From an uncultured Acidobacteriota bacterium (GTDB taxonomy: Bacteria; Acidobacteriota; Vicinamibacteria; Vicinamibacterales; 2-12-FULL-66-21), in the NCBI GenBank assembly GCA_963725145.1, contig CAVRXL010000012.1:1155616-1219615 (forward strand): a stretch of DNA of 64,000 nucleotides, given 5' to 3'. Below, piece by piece: positions 1-10,434 of this stretch (within the stretch, counting starts at the first letter, position 1; every line of letters begins with the position of its first letter). The translations under genes and the position numbers were made by a program. The notes beneath the pieces are model-generated. The model saw nothing but the letters and a program-made list of their open reading frames with translations, was not told the DNA's origin and searched no databases.

Positions 1-571
1 GGCCGCACGCTCGGCTTCTCGTTTTCGGCCGGCATCAATCTGTACGCGACCGTCGCGATCCTCGGCCTGGCGTCGCGCTACGGGTGGGTGGATCTGCCGC
101 CGCAGTTCAAGGTCTTCGACCACGACGTCGTGATCGTGGCGGCGCTGATCATGTACGCGATCGAGTTCGTCGCGGACAAGGTGCCGTGGGTCGATTCGCT
201 CTGGGATACCGTGCACACGGCGATCCGTCCGATCGGTGGTGCGCTCGTCGCCGTCTCGACCTTTGGCGAGACGTCGCCGGCGGTGACGGGGCTCATCGCG
301 CTTGCTCGGCGGTACTGTCGCTGCCAGCACCCACGCGACCAAGGCCGGCACCCGCGCGGTCGCCAACACGAGTCCGGAGCCGATCTCGAACTGGATCCTC
401 AGCTTCACTGAGGATCTCTTCGTCGTCGGCCTCGGCTTCGTGGCGCTGAAATACCCGATCGTGGCGCTCGTCGTCACCGTGATTCTGCTGCTCGTGATCG
501 CGATCTTTGCGGCGACGATCTGGAGGCTGTTCAAAAGGCGATTCAGACAGCCAACCGCGGAGCCCGCTTAA
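1..571 (+). CDS. DUF4126-family membrane protein, 5'-partial, frameshifted near 301-303
   Basis: Frame 1 reads GFSFSAGINLYATVAILGL...EFVADKVPWVDSLWD...IRPIGGAL. It continues in the 302..571 frame as LGGTVAASTHATKAGTRAVANTSPEPISNWILSFTED. Removing one base at gcg cttg ctc joins the two halves. Confidence 0.8.
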
Positions 572-573
572 CG

Positions 574-773
574 ACCACGGATCGATTCCCGATTCACGAC
601 CACGGATTAGACGGATTTCCTCTCTTCACAGCGACGGATTCAGCGCTCCCTTCCCATTAAGGTCCGTCCGTCATCCAAGCTGCATCCGTTCAATCCGTGG
701 TTTGAATTAGGGGAGCCGCATCCGTCTAATCCGTGGTTTCCAGATTAGACGGGCATCCGTTTGATCCGTGGTT
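574..773. repeat. ACGGAT/ATCCGT-based inverted repeat cluster between convergent genes
   Basis: accacggattagacggat (599-616) is the exact reverse complement of atccgtctaatccgtggt (720-737). Related copies gcatccgttcaatccgtgg and gcatccgtttgatccgtgg lie at ~682 and ~753. Confidence 0.85.
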
Positions 774-1920
774 ATTGAGGGCCCGTGGTAAACGTCAGCT
801 TCCACGGCGTCACGAGCTTCGCGCCGTCGAACGCGGCGACGCCATCGAGGAGCTCCACTTCCACGACGCGGAACCGATCGAGCCGCGCCGAGAACTTGAT
901 CTCCAGGACCTTGGTCCCTTCCCGGTAGGCGGTCGCGAAGGGAGGCGGCGACGCGGGTGCCCCCTCGGACGGCGGCGTGACGTAGCGCACGCGAACGCGA
1001 TCTTTCAGGCTGGCCGCTTCCATGTCGCGCGAGAACTGAACGCGCACGACGATCGACGTCTCGACGTCGATGTCTTCCGGCGTCGGAAGGCTGAAGGTGA
1101 CTTCGGGCGCGGGGCCCACCTTCGGGACCGCGACCTCGACGACGGCGGCGGGCTCGGGCGCCGTTCCGAGCCCGATCTTCTCGGCGTCGATCCAGACGAG
1201 TCCCGAGCTGCGGCCGATGGTGCCGGTGACCTCGAGCCATCGGCCCGTGTCCACGCGCGCGTTGCGATCGAGCGACCAGTTCTTCCCCTTCGGCTGCAGC
1301 CCGGTCACCCAGATGGCCGCGTCCGCCGACTGCAGGACGAAGTCGTACCGGCTGCGCCCCGGCGCCTGTGGCAGATCGCCGAACAGGTTGACGCCGCGGA
1401 AGCGGCCCGTCACGCTGACGCGCTGTCCGTCGTACTTGTCGGGCTCGAGGACGATCGCGCGAATCGTCGTGGCCTGCGTGGAAGGCGCCGCGGCGCCGGG
1501 GCCTGCGAGCTCCAGCGCCAGGACGAAGATCTGGTTCTGGCCCGGCCAGCGCCCCTGATTGACGCGTTCGATCAGCCGGTCCATGTCGTAGCCGGCAAAC
1601 CTCGGGTCCTCCTGCTGGAGCCGGCCCAGGTCCCAGAACTCACCGCGGGCCTCGACGGCGCCGGAGTCCGGCCGAGTGCTCTTCATCAGGACGTGGACGC
1701 GCCGTTCGCCAGCGGCCGACGTGAGCGACCACAGGCCGTCTCGCTCGGCGAGCGTCCCGCGGACGACGACGTTCCGGCCATGGAAGAAGACGGGATAGGT
1801 CAGCAGCGCGTCGATCGTTGTCGCGATCCGCGTCTGGGGCTGCGCGGAAACGCTTCCGGCGACGATGGCGACCAGGACGAGGCTGATGCCTCGTGCCACA
1901 ACCGCGGTGACACCCGTCAT
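772..1920 (-). CDS. Secreted protein with two OB-fold-like repeats and a C-terminal Ig-like (Big_5/SbsA-like) domain
   Basis: Signal peptide (LVLVAIVAGSVSA). Duplicated motif TTIDALLTYPVFFHGRNVVVRG / TTIRAIVLEPDKYDGQRVSVTG. C-terminal P..V.FS.P...VQFSRDM...W.LTFTT is typical of Big_5. Confidence 0.6.
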   Translation of the reverse strand: MTGVTAVVARGISLVLVAIVAGSVSAQPQTRIATTIDALLTYPVFFHGRNVVVRGTLAERDGLWSLTSAAGERRVHVLMKSTRPDSGAVEARGEFWDLGRLQQEDPRFAGYDMDRLIERVNQGRWPGQNQIFVLALELAGPGAAAPSTQATTIRAIVLEPDKYDGQRVSVTGRFRGVNLFGDLPQAPGRSRYDFVLQSADAAIWVTGLQPKGKNWSLDRNARVDTGRWLEVTGTIGRSSGLVWIDAEKIGLGTAPEPAAVVEVAVPKVGPAPEVTFSLPTPEDIDVETSIVVRVQFSRDMEAASLKDRVRVRYVTPPSEGAPASPPPFATAYREGTKVLEIKFSARLDRFRVVEVELLDGVAAFDGAKLVTPWKLTFTTGPQ

Positions 1921-3882
1921 CTACCCCAGTTTACGCTGCCCCGCGCGGGCGAGGATCACCGCGAGCGCGGCGAAGAGCAGGCCGCCCGCCACCATCCCAA
2001 CAGTCCCTTCGTGCAGGAATTCGAGCCCGCGCAGTCCCGTCGCCGTGGCGTCATCCGCCGCCTCGATCTTGTTCCAGCCGTACAGCACCGCGTACAGGAT
2101 GCCCGCGAGCGACCCGCCGGCGATCAGGCCCGAGCTGAAGAGCGTCCCGCTGCTGATCTCTGATTCGTCCTTCTGGCCGGTCTTGCGCTCGACCCACCAC
2201 CGGACGACGCCGCCGGCGAAGATCGGCGCCGTCGTGGCGATGGGCAAATACGAGCCGACGGCGAACGAGAGCGAGCGGATTCCGCACAGCTCGAGCGTGA
2301 CCGAGATGAAGACGCCGACCAGGACGAGCCCCCACGGGAGGTTCTGGGCGAGCAGTCCGCGAATGATCGTGGACATGAGCGTCGCCTGCGGCGCCGCGAG
2401 CGCGTCGGAGCCGATGACCATCACCCGGTGCAGGTACAGCGTGGTGATGCCGATGACGAACGCGGACGTGACCACGCCAATCACCAGGCCGACCTGCTGA
2501 TGGAACGGCGTCGCGCCGACGATGAAGCCGGTTTTCAGATCCTGCGACGTCGCGCCGGCGATCGCCGCGGCGATGCAGACGACGGCGCCGACGCCGAGCG
2601 CGATCGGCGCGTAGTCGTTGCCCACCCAGCCGACCGCCACGAAAATCGTGCAGGTCAGGATGAGCGTCGCGATCGTCATTCCGGAGATCGGATTGGAAGA
2701 ATTGCCGATGAGCCCCGTGATGCGCGACGACACCGTCACGAAGAAGAACCCGAACAGGACAATCAGGACGGCGGCGAGGACGTTTCCCTGGGTCGGCGTC
2801 CCCGGGGCGACGATCAGGAACACCGCGAGCGCCACCGAACCGATGAGCACGACGCTCAGCGGCATGTCGCGCTCGGTTCGCACGCGGCCCCCCTTGCCTC
2901 CGGCCGCGCCGAAGTCTTTCACGCTCTCGCGGAACGAGGTCACGATCGTCGGAATCGTCCGCGCGAGCGTGATCAGGCCGGCCGCCAGCACCGCACCCGC
3001 CCCCGTGTACCGGATGTACGCGCTCCACATCTGCTGCGGCGACATCTGATCGAGGCGCAGGCCGCTCGCGGGCACGGGCGGCAGCGGCACGGTCATGAAG
3101 TTGCCGAGATACGACAGGAGCGGCAGCAGGACGAGCCACGAGAGCACGCCGCCGGCGAACATCACGCCCGCGATCCGCGGCCCGATGACGTACCCGACGC
3201 CCATGTACTCTGGCGACAGATCGAGGTTGAGCGTCGCGTTCGGGAAGAAGCTGGCGCGCGGGAACGAGTAGCCGATGGCGGTCCGGAAGATCTGCACGAT
3301 CCAGGAGAGCGCCTTCCACGACGCGCCGATCCCGAGCCCCATGAACACCGTTTTCGCCAGCGCCCCGCCGCGCTCGCCGGCGATCAGCACGTCCGCGCAG
3401 GCCGTCCCCTCGGGGTAGGGCAGCACGCCGTGCTCTTTCACAATCAACGCGCGGCGCAGCGGAATCATCATCAACACGCCGAGGATGCCGCCGGCGATCG
3501 CGAGAACGGTGATCTGGAAGTAGTTGAAATAGGCGGGCCCGAGCGGCAGCAGGAAGATCAGCGCCGGAATCGTGAAGACGACCCCCGCGGCGAGCGACTC
3601 GCCGGCCGAGCCGATCGTCTGGACGATGTTGTTTTCCAGGATCGTCGAGCCGCCCAGGCGCTTCAGCACCGAGATCGCGAGCACCGCGATCGGGATGGAC
3701 GCGCTCACCGTCAGCCCGGCGCGCAGGCCGAGGTAGACGGTCGAGGCCCCGAACACCAGGCCAAAGAGCGCGCCGAGCACGATCGCTTTGATCGTGAACT
3801 CGGCGGGCGACTGGCTGGCGGGAACGTACGGCTTGAACGCGGCGGAAGAACGACTCTCGGCGGTCTTCGCGGGCTGTGCCAT
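1921..3882 (-). CDS. OPT-family oligopeptide transporter
   Basis: Motifs [59 protein letters not shown]; multi-TM. Confidence 0.93.
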   Translation of the reverse strand: MAQPAKTAESRSSAAFKPYVPASQSPAEFTIKAIVLGALFGLVFGASTVYLGLRAGLTVSASIPIAVLAISVLKRLGGSTILENNIVQTIGSAGESLAAGVVFTIPALIFLLPLGPAYFNYFQITVLAIAGGILGVLMMIPLRRALIVKEHGVLPYPEGTACADVLIAGERGGALAKTVFMGLGIGASWKALSWIVQIFRTAIGYSFPRASFFPNATLNLDLSPEYMGVGYVIGPRIAGVMFAGGVLSWLVLLPLLSYLGNFMTVPLPPVPASGLRLDQMSPQQMWSAYIRYTGAGAVLAAGLITLARTIPTIVTSFRESVKDFGAAGGKGGRVRTERDMPLSVVLIGSVALAVFLIVAPGTPTQGNVLAAVLIVLFGFFFVTVSSRITGLIGNSSNPISGMTIATLILTCTIFVAVGWVGNDYAPIALGVGAVVCIAAAIAGATSQDLKTGFIVGATPFHQQVGLVIGVVTSAFVIGITTLYLHRVMVIGSDALAAPQATLMSTIIRGLLAQNLPWGLVLVGVFISVTLELCGIRSLSFAVGSYLPIATTAPIFAGGVVRWWVERKTGQKDESEISSGTLFSSGLIAGGSLAGILYAVLYGWNKIEAADDATATGLRGLEFLHEGTVGMVAGGLLFAALAVILARAGQRKLG

Positions 3883-3930
3883 GCGGCGGAGTCTACACAA
3901 AAACCGCCGAATGCCGAAGCCAGCGGCCGA

Positions 3931-6330
3931 TCAGTCTGCCCTGAGGCTCCTGACCGGATCGAGCCGCGTCGCGCGGCGCATCGGCACCCACATCGCCAGC
4001 GCAGCGGAGGCCATGATGGCGGCTACCACGCCGGCATACGTAACCGGGTCCGACGTGGTCACGCCGAAGAGCACGCTCCGCATCGTCTGCGAGACGAGGA
4101 AGGCGCCAGCCAGACCGATCGCGCCGCCGATCGCGAGCAACCGCGCGCCCTGAGTGATGACGAGACGCCGGATGTCGCGGGGCAGCGCGCCGAGCGCCAT
4201 CCGGACGCCGATCTCCTGCGTCCGCTGGCCGACGGTGTACGAGATCACGCCGTACAAACCCGTCGAGGCCAGGATGAGCGCCAGCACCGCAAACGCCGCG
4301 AACATCCAGGCGAGGATCACGCTGCTCGAAAGCTCGTCCTTGATCGCCTCGTCGAAGGTCCGGAGCTGAAAGACCGGGACCTCGGCGTCTGTCTCGCGCA
4401 CGCCCGCTCGAACCGCCGACGCGAGGTCGGCAGGCCGGGGCGCCCGCACGACGAGCGCCATCGCGCGCGAGGGCCGCTGGGTAAGGGGCAGGTAGACATG
4501 GGGATCGGGCGGCAGCTCGATATCCGGATTCGAGGTATCGCCGGCGACGCCGACGACGCGAATCCACTGTGGGGGCTCGTTCGGGCCCGCGATCGACAGG
4601 CGCGCATCGAGCGCCGCGCCGGTCGATCCAAAGTATTTCTGAGCGGCGGTGGCGTTGACGAGCGCGACCGGCTCGGTATCGGCGCGATCGCCGGCCGTGA
4701 AGACTCGTCCGGCGACGACCGGCAGTCCCACCGTACGGAAGAAGTCTGCGCTGATGACGAAGCGCCGCGCCCATGGCCGCTCGGCGTCGCTCGCCGGCGG
4801 GCGGCCGCTCACGACGAACGTCTGCCGCGAGCCGACCTCCAGCGCGGGGAGCGCGCTCGTCGCCGCCGCCGCTTCCACTCCGGGTATACGCTGCAGCCTC
4901 GCGACCAGCGCCTCCTGCAGCCGCGCGACCGCCCCGTCATCGCGATGTTTCCACTCGGGCGTGACGATCTGGGCGGTTAGCAGCGGGTGCGGATCGAAGC
5001 CGATGTCGGTGCGATTGACCGCGATCATGGATCGCACGACCAGCGTCGCGACCACGAGGAGCGTCATCGCCAGCGCGACCTGCGCCACGACGAGCGCGTG
5101 ACGGCTGCGCCGCGCGCGGACCGCGCCAGACGTGCGCCCGCCCTCCTTGAGCGCTTCGCTGGCTTGATTGTCGGACGTCAGGAGCGCCGGGATCAGGCTG
5201 AAGAGAATGGGGCAGAGGATCGAGACTCCGGCGGCGAAGAAGAGCACGTTCCGATCGATCCTGATCAGCTCGAAGAACGGCTCGTACGCCGCGGCGCGAA
5301 TCAGCCGGAGCCCCGCATCCCCTAGGAGGACCCCGAGCGCGCCGCCCGCAGCGCCGAGGACCAGGCCTTCGACGAGCAGGAGGCGCAGCGTCCGCCAGCG
5401 GGAGGCCCCAAGCGCGGTCCTGACCGCGAGCTCGCGCCGCCGGCCCGACACGCGCGCGAGCGCGAGGTTGGTCACGTTGGCGCACGCGATGAGGAGCACG
5501 AACCCGACGACCAGCGACAGCAACGCGAGGATGACCCATGTGTCGCTGCCGGCGATCGCCTCCCTCGTCGGCGCAACGCGCGCGCTCCAGCCGGCGTTCG
5601 TCGCGGGAAACTCCCGGGCCAGACGCTCGGTAATCGTGCGGATTTCGCCGTCGGCCTGCTCGAGCGTCACGCCCGGCTTCAGGCGGCCGACGACCGAGTA
5701 GCGGCGATCGTCGCGGCGGCCGGCCGCCGGATCCGCCGCGATCGGCATCCATACGTCGGTGAGCGCCAGGTTTCCGAACTCGATTGATGGATCGAGCACG
5801 CCGACGATCGTGCACGCGCGGCCGTCCACGCTCACCGATTGCGTCACGGCCGCCGGCTCGCGCTGAAAGTGCGACACCCAGAGCTTGTGGCTGAGGACGA
5901 TCGAGCATGGCCCGCCCGGGACGTCTTCTTCGGGCCGGAGGACGCGGCCGGCGACCGTTCGGAGCTGCCAGGTCTCGAAGAGGTTCGCCGTTACGCGCTG
6001 TGCCTGGAGACGCTGCGGCTCCCCGCGTCCGGTCAGGGTGACGCTCTCAGTCGTGGCCGCCGCGAGCGTGACGAACGTGCGGCTCGCGCTACGCAGGTCG
6101 TTGTAATCGGCATACGAGAACCTTCCCCGCGTCGTCTGGCTCTGCGGGTTGAGCATCCAGAGCCAGCCGAGCGTCTCCGGCTGGCCGATCGGTAGCGGCC
6201 GCAGCACCAGCACGTTGACGAAGCTGAAGATGACGGTGTTGGCGCCGATCGCCAGCGCCAGCGTCAGCACGACGATCGCGGCGTAGGCGGGTTGCTTGAC
6301 GAGCAGGCGGAAGACGAACCGAAGATCCAT
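3931..6330 (-). CDS. ADOP-type duplicated ABC permease (MacB_PCD/FtsX x2)
   Basis: DLRFVFR..., LALAIGANTVIFS, LLIACANV, RRRELAVRTALGA, EIGVRMALGA, C-terminal DPVRSLRAD. No ATPase adjacent. Confidence 0.92.
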   Translation of the reverse strand: MDLRFVFRLLVKQPAYAAIVVLTLALAIGANTVIFSFVNVLVLRPLPIGQPETLGWLWMLNPQSQTTRGRFSYADYNDLRSASRTFVTLAAATTESVTLTGRGEPQRLQAQRVTANLFETWQLRTVAGRVLRPEEDVPGGPCSIVLSHKLWVSHFQREPAAVTQSVSVDGRACTIVGVLDPSIEFGNLALTDVWMPIAADPAAGRRDDRRYSVVGRLKPGVTLEQADGEIRTITERLAREFPATNAGWSARVAPTREAIAGSDTWVILALLSLVVGFVLLIACANVTNLALARVSGRRRELAVRTALGASRWRTLRLLLVEGLVLGAAGGALGVLLGDAGLRLIRAAAYEPFFELIRIDRNVLFFAAGVSILCPILFSLIPALLTSDNQASEALKEGGRTSGAVRARRSRHALVVAQVALAMTLLVVATLVVRSMIAVNRTDIGFDPHPLLTAQIVTPEWKHRDDGAVARLQEALVARLQRIPGVEAAAATSALPALEVGSRQTFVVSGRPPASDAERPWARRFVISADFFRTVGLPVVAGRVFTAGDRADTEPVALVNATAAQKYFGSTGAALDARLSIAGPNEPPQWIRVVGVAGDTSNPDIELPPDPHVYLPLTQRPSRAMALVVRAPRPADLASAVRAGVRETDAEVPVFQLRTFDEAIKDELSSSVILAWMFAAFAVLALILASTGLYGVISYTVGQRTQEIGVRMALGALPRDIRRLVITQGARLLAIGGAIGLAGAFLVSQTMRSVLFGVTTSDPVTYAGVVAAIMASAALAMWVPMRRATRLDPVRSLRAD

Positions 6331-6388
6331 CAGTAGAGAGGACGGTCAGGGTCCGGATCTTGTTCCGATCAGGTAAGATCTGCCGCTT

Positions 6389-7060
6389 GTGAAGGAGCGG
6401 AACAAGGCGAGAGCGACTTCGGATCAGATCTCGGAGCTGACCACCAACCGGCTCTCGGTGTACCTCCGGTGCCTGAACGCTCTCGATGCGGCGGGCGTGC
6501 GGACGATCTCCTCCAAGGCGCTCGCCGAGCAGTTCCACCTCAACGCGGCACAGATCCGCAAAGACCTCGCCTATTTCGGGGAGTTCGGCATTCGCGGCGT
6601 CGGGTACTACGTCAAGGAACTGAAGCGCCACCTCCGGCAGATCCTCGGCCTCGACCGGCGCGTGCGGGTCGCGATCATGGGCGCGGGCAACCTGGGCCTC
6701 GCGCTGGCCGACTATCCCGGATTCCGCGTCGAAGGATTCGAGATCGCGGCGCTCTTCGATACCGAGCGGGCGAAAATCGGCCGGCGCTCCCGCTCCGGGG
6801 TCCGCATCAACAGCATCGAGGACCTGCGCGCCGTCGTCCGGCGCGACAAGATCGGGATCGCCGTGATCGCGGTCCCCGCCGAGTCGGCGCAGCCTGTCGT
6901 CGATGCGGTCGTCGACGCCGGGATCAAGGCAATTCTGAATTTCTCGCCGGGGGCCCTCACGGTGCCGCCGGAGGTCAAGCTGAAGAGCGTCGACCTGACG
7001 GTGTCGCTCGAGAGCCTGTCGTTCTATCTGGCCCAGGGGGAAATGGATGAAACACCGTAA
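6389..7060 (+). CDS. rex: Redox-sensing transcriptional repressor Rex
   Basis: [47 protein letters not shown]. Confidence 0.95.
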   Translation: MKERNKARATSDQISELTTNRLSVYLRCLNALDAAGVRTISSKALAEQFHLNAAQIRKDLAYFGEFGIRGVGYYVKELKRHLRQILGLDRRVRVAIMGAGNLGLALADYPGFRVEGFEIAALFDTERAKIGRRSRSGVRINSIEDLRAVVRRDKIGIAVIAVPAESAQPVVDAVVDAGIKAILNFSPGALTVPPEVKLKSVDLTVSLESLSFYLAQGEMDETP

Positions 7061-7631
7061 GAGCGCCCGCGGCCCGCGCGAGGCGCCGGAGGGAAGTGCG
7101 GCGAAGCCGCACCGCCGAGCGCGAGCGAGCGGGGGTGGGGCCCCGCGAGCCAAGAAAAATGATGGCAAGCTCTCCCACATCGACCCACTCGGCCGTATCC
7201 GGATGGTGGACGTCGGAGGGAAGCCGGTCTCCCGCCGCGAGGCCGTCGCACGGGGAAAGATCACGATCGCGCCCGGAGCGCTCCGCCTGGTCCGCTCGGG
7301 CCGCACGAAGAAGGGCGACCCACTCGAGACGGCCCGGCTCGCCGGCATCATGGCGGCGAAGCGGACCGCCGGCCTCATCCCCCTGTGCCATCCGCTTCCG
7401 CTCTCGCACGTCTCGGTCGAGCTCACGCCGCGGCGCGACGGCTACGACATCGAGGCGCGCGTTCGCACCGAGGCGCAGACCGGCGTCGAAATGGAAGCGC
7501 TGACCGCAGTGGCGGTTGCCGCGCTCACGATTTACGACATGGTCAAGGCGGCCGACCGCACGATGACGATCGGCGACATCATGCTCATCGAGAAACGGGG
7601 AGGGCGGTCCGGGCCGTATCGCCGCGGCTGA
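7047..7631 (+). CDS. moaC: Cyclic pyranopterin monophosphate synthase MoaC, with a repeat-derived N-terminal extension
   Basis: [58 protein letters not shown]. Confidence 0.93.
   Translation: MKHRKSARGPREAPEGSAAKPHRRARASGGGAPRAKKNDGKLSHIDPLGRIRMVDVGGKPVSRREAVARGKITIAPGALRLVRSGRTKKGDPLETARLAGIMAAKRTAGLIPLCHPLPLSHVSVELTPRRDGYDIEARVRTEAQTGVEMEALTAVAVAALTIYDMVKAADRTMTIGDIMLIEKRGGRSGPYRRG
7062..7165 (+). repeat. ~100-bp structured dispersed element, copy A
   Basis: 7062-7150 aligns ungapped with the reverse complement of 14966-15054 at 79/89 identity (counted by eye). Internal hairpin gtgcggc-gaa-gccgcac. Confidence 0.9.
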
Positions 7632-8611
7632 TGAAAGTCATCATCGCCAATTACAGCCGATGGGTCGCGTGGGACACGCCCGATTGGGTCGTCGACCGGA
7701 TCCGTGCCGCGGCTGAAGACATGGAGGTCGTCAACGCTCGCACGCGGCCAGAGGCGGTCGATCTCATTCCCGACGCAGAAGTGGCGTTCAGCTCCATCAT
7801 CCGGCCCGAGATGCTGGCGGCGGCCGGGCGGCTGCGCTGGATCCACAGCCCGGCGGCGGGCGTCGGAGGGATGCTGTTTCCGGCCATGCGCGCCTCGGAC
7901 GTCATCATCACGAACTCCCGCGGGATGCACGCCGAGACGATCGCCGAGCACGTCGTCTCGGTCGTCCTGGCGCTGTTCCGCCGGCTGCCGGTCGCGTTCC
8001 GACGGCAGGCCGAGCACGTGTGGGCGCAGAACGAGTTGACGCTCGACCCGCCGCGGTTGCTCGCGCGCAAGACGGTCGGGATCGTCGGACTCGGAGGGAT
8101 CGGGACGGCCGTCGCGCGCCTGATGTCGGCGCTCGGGGCGCGCGTCGAAGCGACGCGGCGGAGGGTGGACGCCGGATGTCCGGAGGGTGTGGCCGCGGTT
8201 CATGCGTCCGCGGCGCTTGGTGACCTCCTGCCCAACTGGGATGTGGTCGTCCTGGCGGCTCCGCACACCGCCGAAACCGAACGGATTCTCGGCGCGCGCG
8301 AGCTGAGCCTGATGAAGCGGGACGCCATCCTCGTCAACATCGCGCGCGGAGCGCTCGTGGATGAAGCGGCCCTCGCCGAGGCGCTCACCCGCGGAGCGAT
8401 CGCCGGCGCGGCGCTCGACGTGTTCGACGACGAGCCGCTCGAGGCGGGCAGCCCGCTGTGGGACACACCCAACCTGCTGATTACGCCGCACGTCGCGGGA
8501 AACCGTCCGGACTATTGGGACGCGGCGCTGGCAATCTTTCTGGAGAATCTGCGCAGGTACCGCGCAGGGGAGTCCCTGCTGAACGTCGTCGACAAGGAAG
8601 CGGGGTACTGA
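7631..8611 (+). CDS. D-2-hydroxyacid dehydrogenase family protein
   Basis: ATG overlaps the moaC stop. WIHSPAAGV, GIVGLGGIG, VNIARG, AALDVF..EPL, ITPHVAG. Confidence 0.92.
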   Translation: MKVIIANYSRWVAWDTPDWVVDRIRAAAEDMEVVNARTRPEAVDLIPDAEVAFSSIIRPEMLAAAGRLRWIHSPAAGVGGMLFPAMRASDVIITNSRGMHAETIAEHVVSVVLALFRRLPVAFRRQAEHVWAQNELTLDPPRLLARKTVGIVGLGGIGTAVARLMSALGARVEATRRRVDAGCPEGVAAVHASAALGDLLPNWDVVVLAAPHTAETERILGARELSLMKRDAILVNIARGALVDEAALAEALTRGAIAGAALDVFDDEPLEAGSPLWDTPNLLITPHVAGNRPDYWDAALAIFLENLRRYRAGESLLNVVDKEAGY

Positions 8612-8626
8612 CGCCCGCTCATTATG

Positions 8627-8661
8627 GAATGCTGAATGTGGAATGCTGAATGCTGAACACT
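8627..8661. repeat. GAATGCT heptamer tandem repeat overlapping the fadD start
   Basis: gaatgct gaatgtg gaatgct gaatgct gaacact; the ATG at 8650 lies inside the array. Confidence 0.85.
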
Positions 8662-10434
8662 GACACCTCGACCGACGTCCGCACGATCGCCGATGTGCCG
8701 TTCTTCGTCAGCGGCCGTTACCCGCGCGCGACGCTGGTCGGGCGCAGCCTCGCGAGCGGCATCCAGTGGATCTCGAGCAAGGATTTCTTCGAACGCGTTC
8801 GCGACCTGAGCCTGGGGCTCTCATCGTTCGGGCTGACGCGCGGCGACCGCGCGGCGATCATGTCCGAGAGCCGGCCCGAATGGCTGATCGCGGACCTTGC
8901 GATCCTGACGGCCGGAGGCGTCACCGTGCCGGTCTATCCGACGCTCACGCCGCAGCAGGCGCGATACATCCTGCAGGACGCTGGCGCGCGGTGCGTGTTC
9001 GTCTCGAACGCCGCTCAGGCGGAAAAGGTGCAGCAGGTGCGTCACGAGCTGCCCGCGCTCGAGGCGGTCATCCTGATCGAACCGGGCGGGGCGGCGGGCG
9101 GATCCGTGTTGACGCTCGACGACGTCGCGGCGCGAGGGCATGCGGCAATCACCGCGTCATGGGGTGTGGCGAAGGAATACAAGGACGCCGCGCGGGCGAT
9201 CCAGCCGGGCGACCTGGCGACCCTCATCTACACGTCGGGGACGACCGGCGAGCCGAAGGGCGTGATGTTGACGCACGCCAACCTCGCGTCGAACATGCAC
9301 GCGAGCATCGAGGCGCTCCGGGTAAACGAGGAAGACCTCGCGTTGTCCTTCCTCCCGCTCAGCCATGCCTTCGAGCGGCTGGTGTCGTACGTCTATCTCA
9401 CCGCAGGGACGACGCTCGTGTTCGCGGAGTCGATCGAGACGATCGCTCGCGACATCGCGGCGGTGAGGCCGACCGTCATGACCGCCGTCCCGCGCGTGTT
9501 CGAAAAGCTGCACACGCGCATAACCGAGAAGGGAACGACCGGACCGTTCCTCAAGCGCGCGATGTTCAAGTGGGCGGTCAACCAGGGCCTTCGCGGCGGC
9601 CTGTTCAAGGGGCTCGCCGACCGCCTCGTGCTCCGGAAGATCCGGGACGGGCTCGGCGGGCGGCTGAAGTACCTCGTGTCAGGGAGCGCGCCGTTGTCGA
9701 AGGAGATCGCCGCGTTCTTCCAGGCCTGCGGGTTCAACATCATCGAGGGCTACGGGCTGACCGAGACGTCACCGGTGCTGACCGTGAACCCGCCGGCGGC
9801 GCCGCGGTTGGGTACGGTGGGACGCGCCGTCCGCGGCGTCGAGCTCCGCATCGCCGAGGACGGCGAGATTCTCGCGCGCGGCCCGAACATCATGGCGGGC
9901 TACTACAACAAGCCGGAGGCGACCGCGGCGGCGGTCGAGGACGGCTGGCTGCACACCGGCGACATCGGCGAGATCGACGCCGACGGGTACCTGAAGATCA
10001 CCGACCGGAAGAAGGACCTGCTGGTGACCTCCGGCGGAAAGAAGATCGCGCCCCAGCCGATCGAAGGACGGCTCAAGGCGAGCCCGCTCGTCGGGGAAGC
10101 CGTGCTCATCGGCGATCGCCGCAAGTACCCCGCCGTCCTCATCGTCCCCGACTTCGCGGTCCTGGAACGCCGGCTCCGCGATCTCGGGCGCCCGGCGGCG
10201 TCGCGCGAGGAGCTGGCCGGCCGCGACGACGTGCGCGCGCTCTATCAGGAGCTCGTCGACGCGCTCAATCGCGAGCTGTCCCAGTTCGAGCGCATCAAGC
10301 GTCTCGCGATCCTCCCGCGGGAATTCACGATCGACTCCGGCGAGCTGACGCCCACGCTGAAGGTCAAACGAAAGGTGGTCGAGGAGCGGTACAAGGACGC
10401 GATCGCGGGGCTGTACAGCGACGAGGCGTCTTAG
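8650..10434 (+). CDS. fadD: Long-chain fatty-acid--CoA ligase (AMP-binding)
   Basis: YTSGTTGEPKGVMLTH, LSFLPLSH, EGYGLTET, GWLHTGDIG, DRKKDL, ELTPTLKVKR. Confidence 0.9.
   Translation: MLNTDTSTDVRTIADVPFFVSGRYPRATLVGRSLASGIQWISSKDFFERVRDLSLGLSSFGLTRGDRAAIMSESRPEWLIADLAILTAGGVTVPVYPTLTPQQARYILQDAGARCVFVSNAAQAEKVQQVRHELPALEAVILIEPGGAAGGSVLTLDDVAARGHAAITASWGVAKEYKDAARAIQPGDLATLIYTSGTTGEPKGVMLTHANLASNMHASIEALRVNEEDLALSFLPLSHAFERLVSYVYLTAGTTLVFAESIETIARDIAAVRPTVMTAVPRVFEKLHTRITEKGTTGPFLKRAMFKWAVNQGLRGGLFKGLADRLVLRKIRDGLGGRLKYLVSGSAPLSKEIAAFFQACGFNIIEGYGLTETSPVLTVNPPAAPRLGTVGRAVRGVELRIAEDGEILARGPNIMAGYYNKPEATAAAVEDGWLHTGDIGEIDADGYLKITDRKKDLLVTSGGKKIAPQPIEGRLKASPLVGEAVLIGDRRKYPAVLIVPDFAVLERRLRDLGRPAASREELAGRDDVRALYQELVDALNRELSQFERIKRLAILPREFTIDSGELTPTLKVKRKVVEERYKDAIAGLYSDEAS

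Noticed and set aside
2428-4980. Long alternative-frame ORFs (also 24417-26957, 34220-36304, 57396-59687 and others)
   Set aside because: Arg/Ala/Gly-rich shadows of real genes, expected at high GC, with no family motifs.
6359-6406. Rex operator at the rex start (TTGTGAA half-site; cttgttccg/cggaacaag inverted repeat)
   Set aside because: The second half-site does not match TTCACAA at the required spacing; too weak to call.
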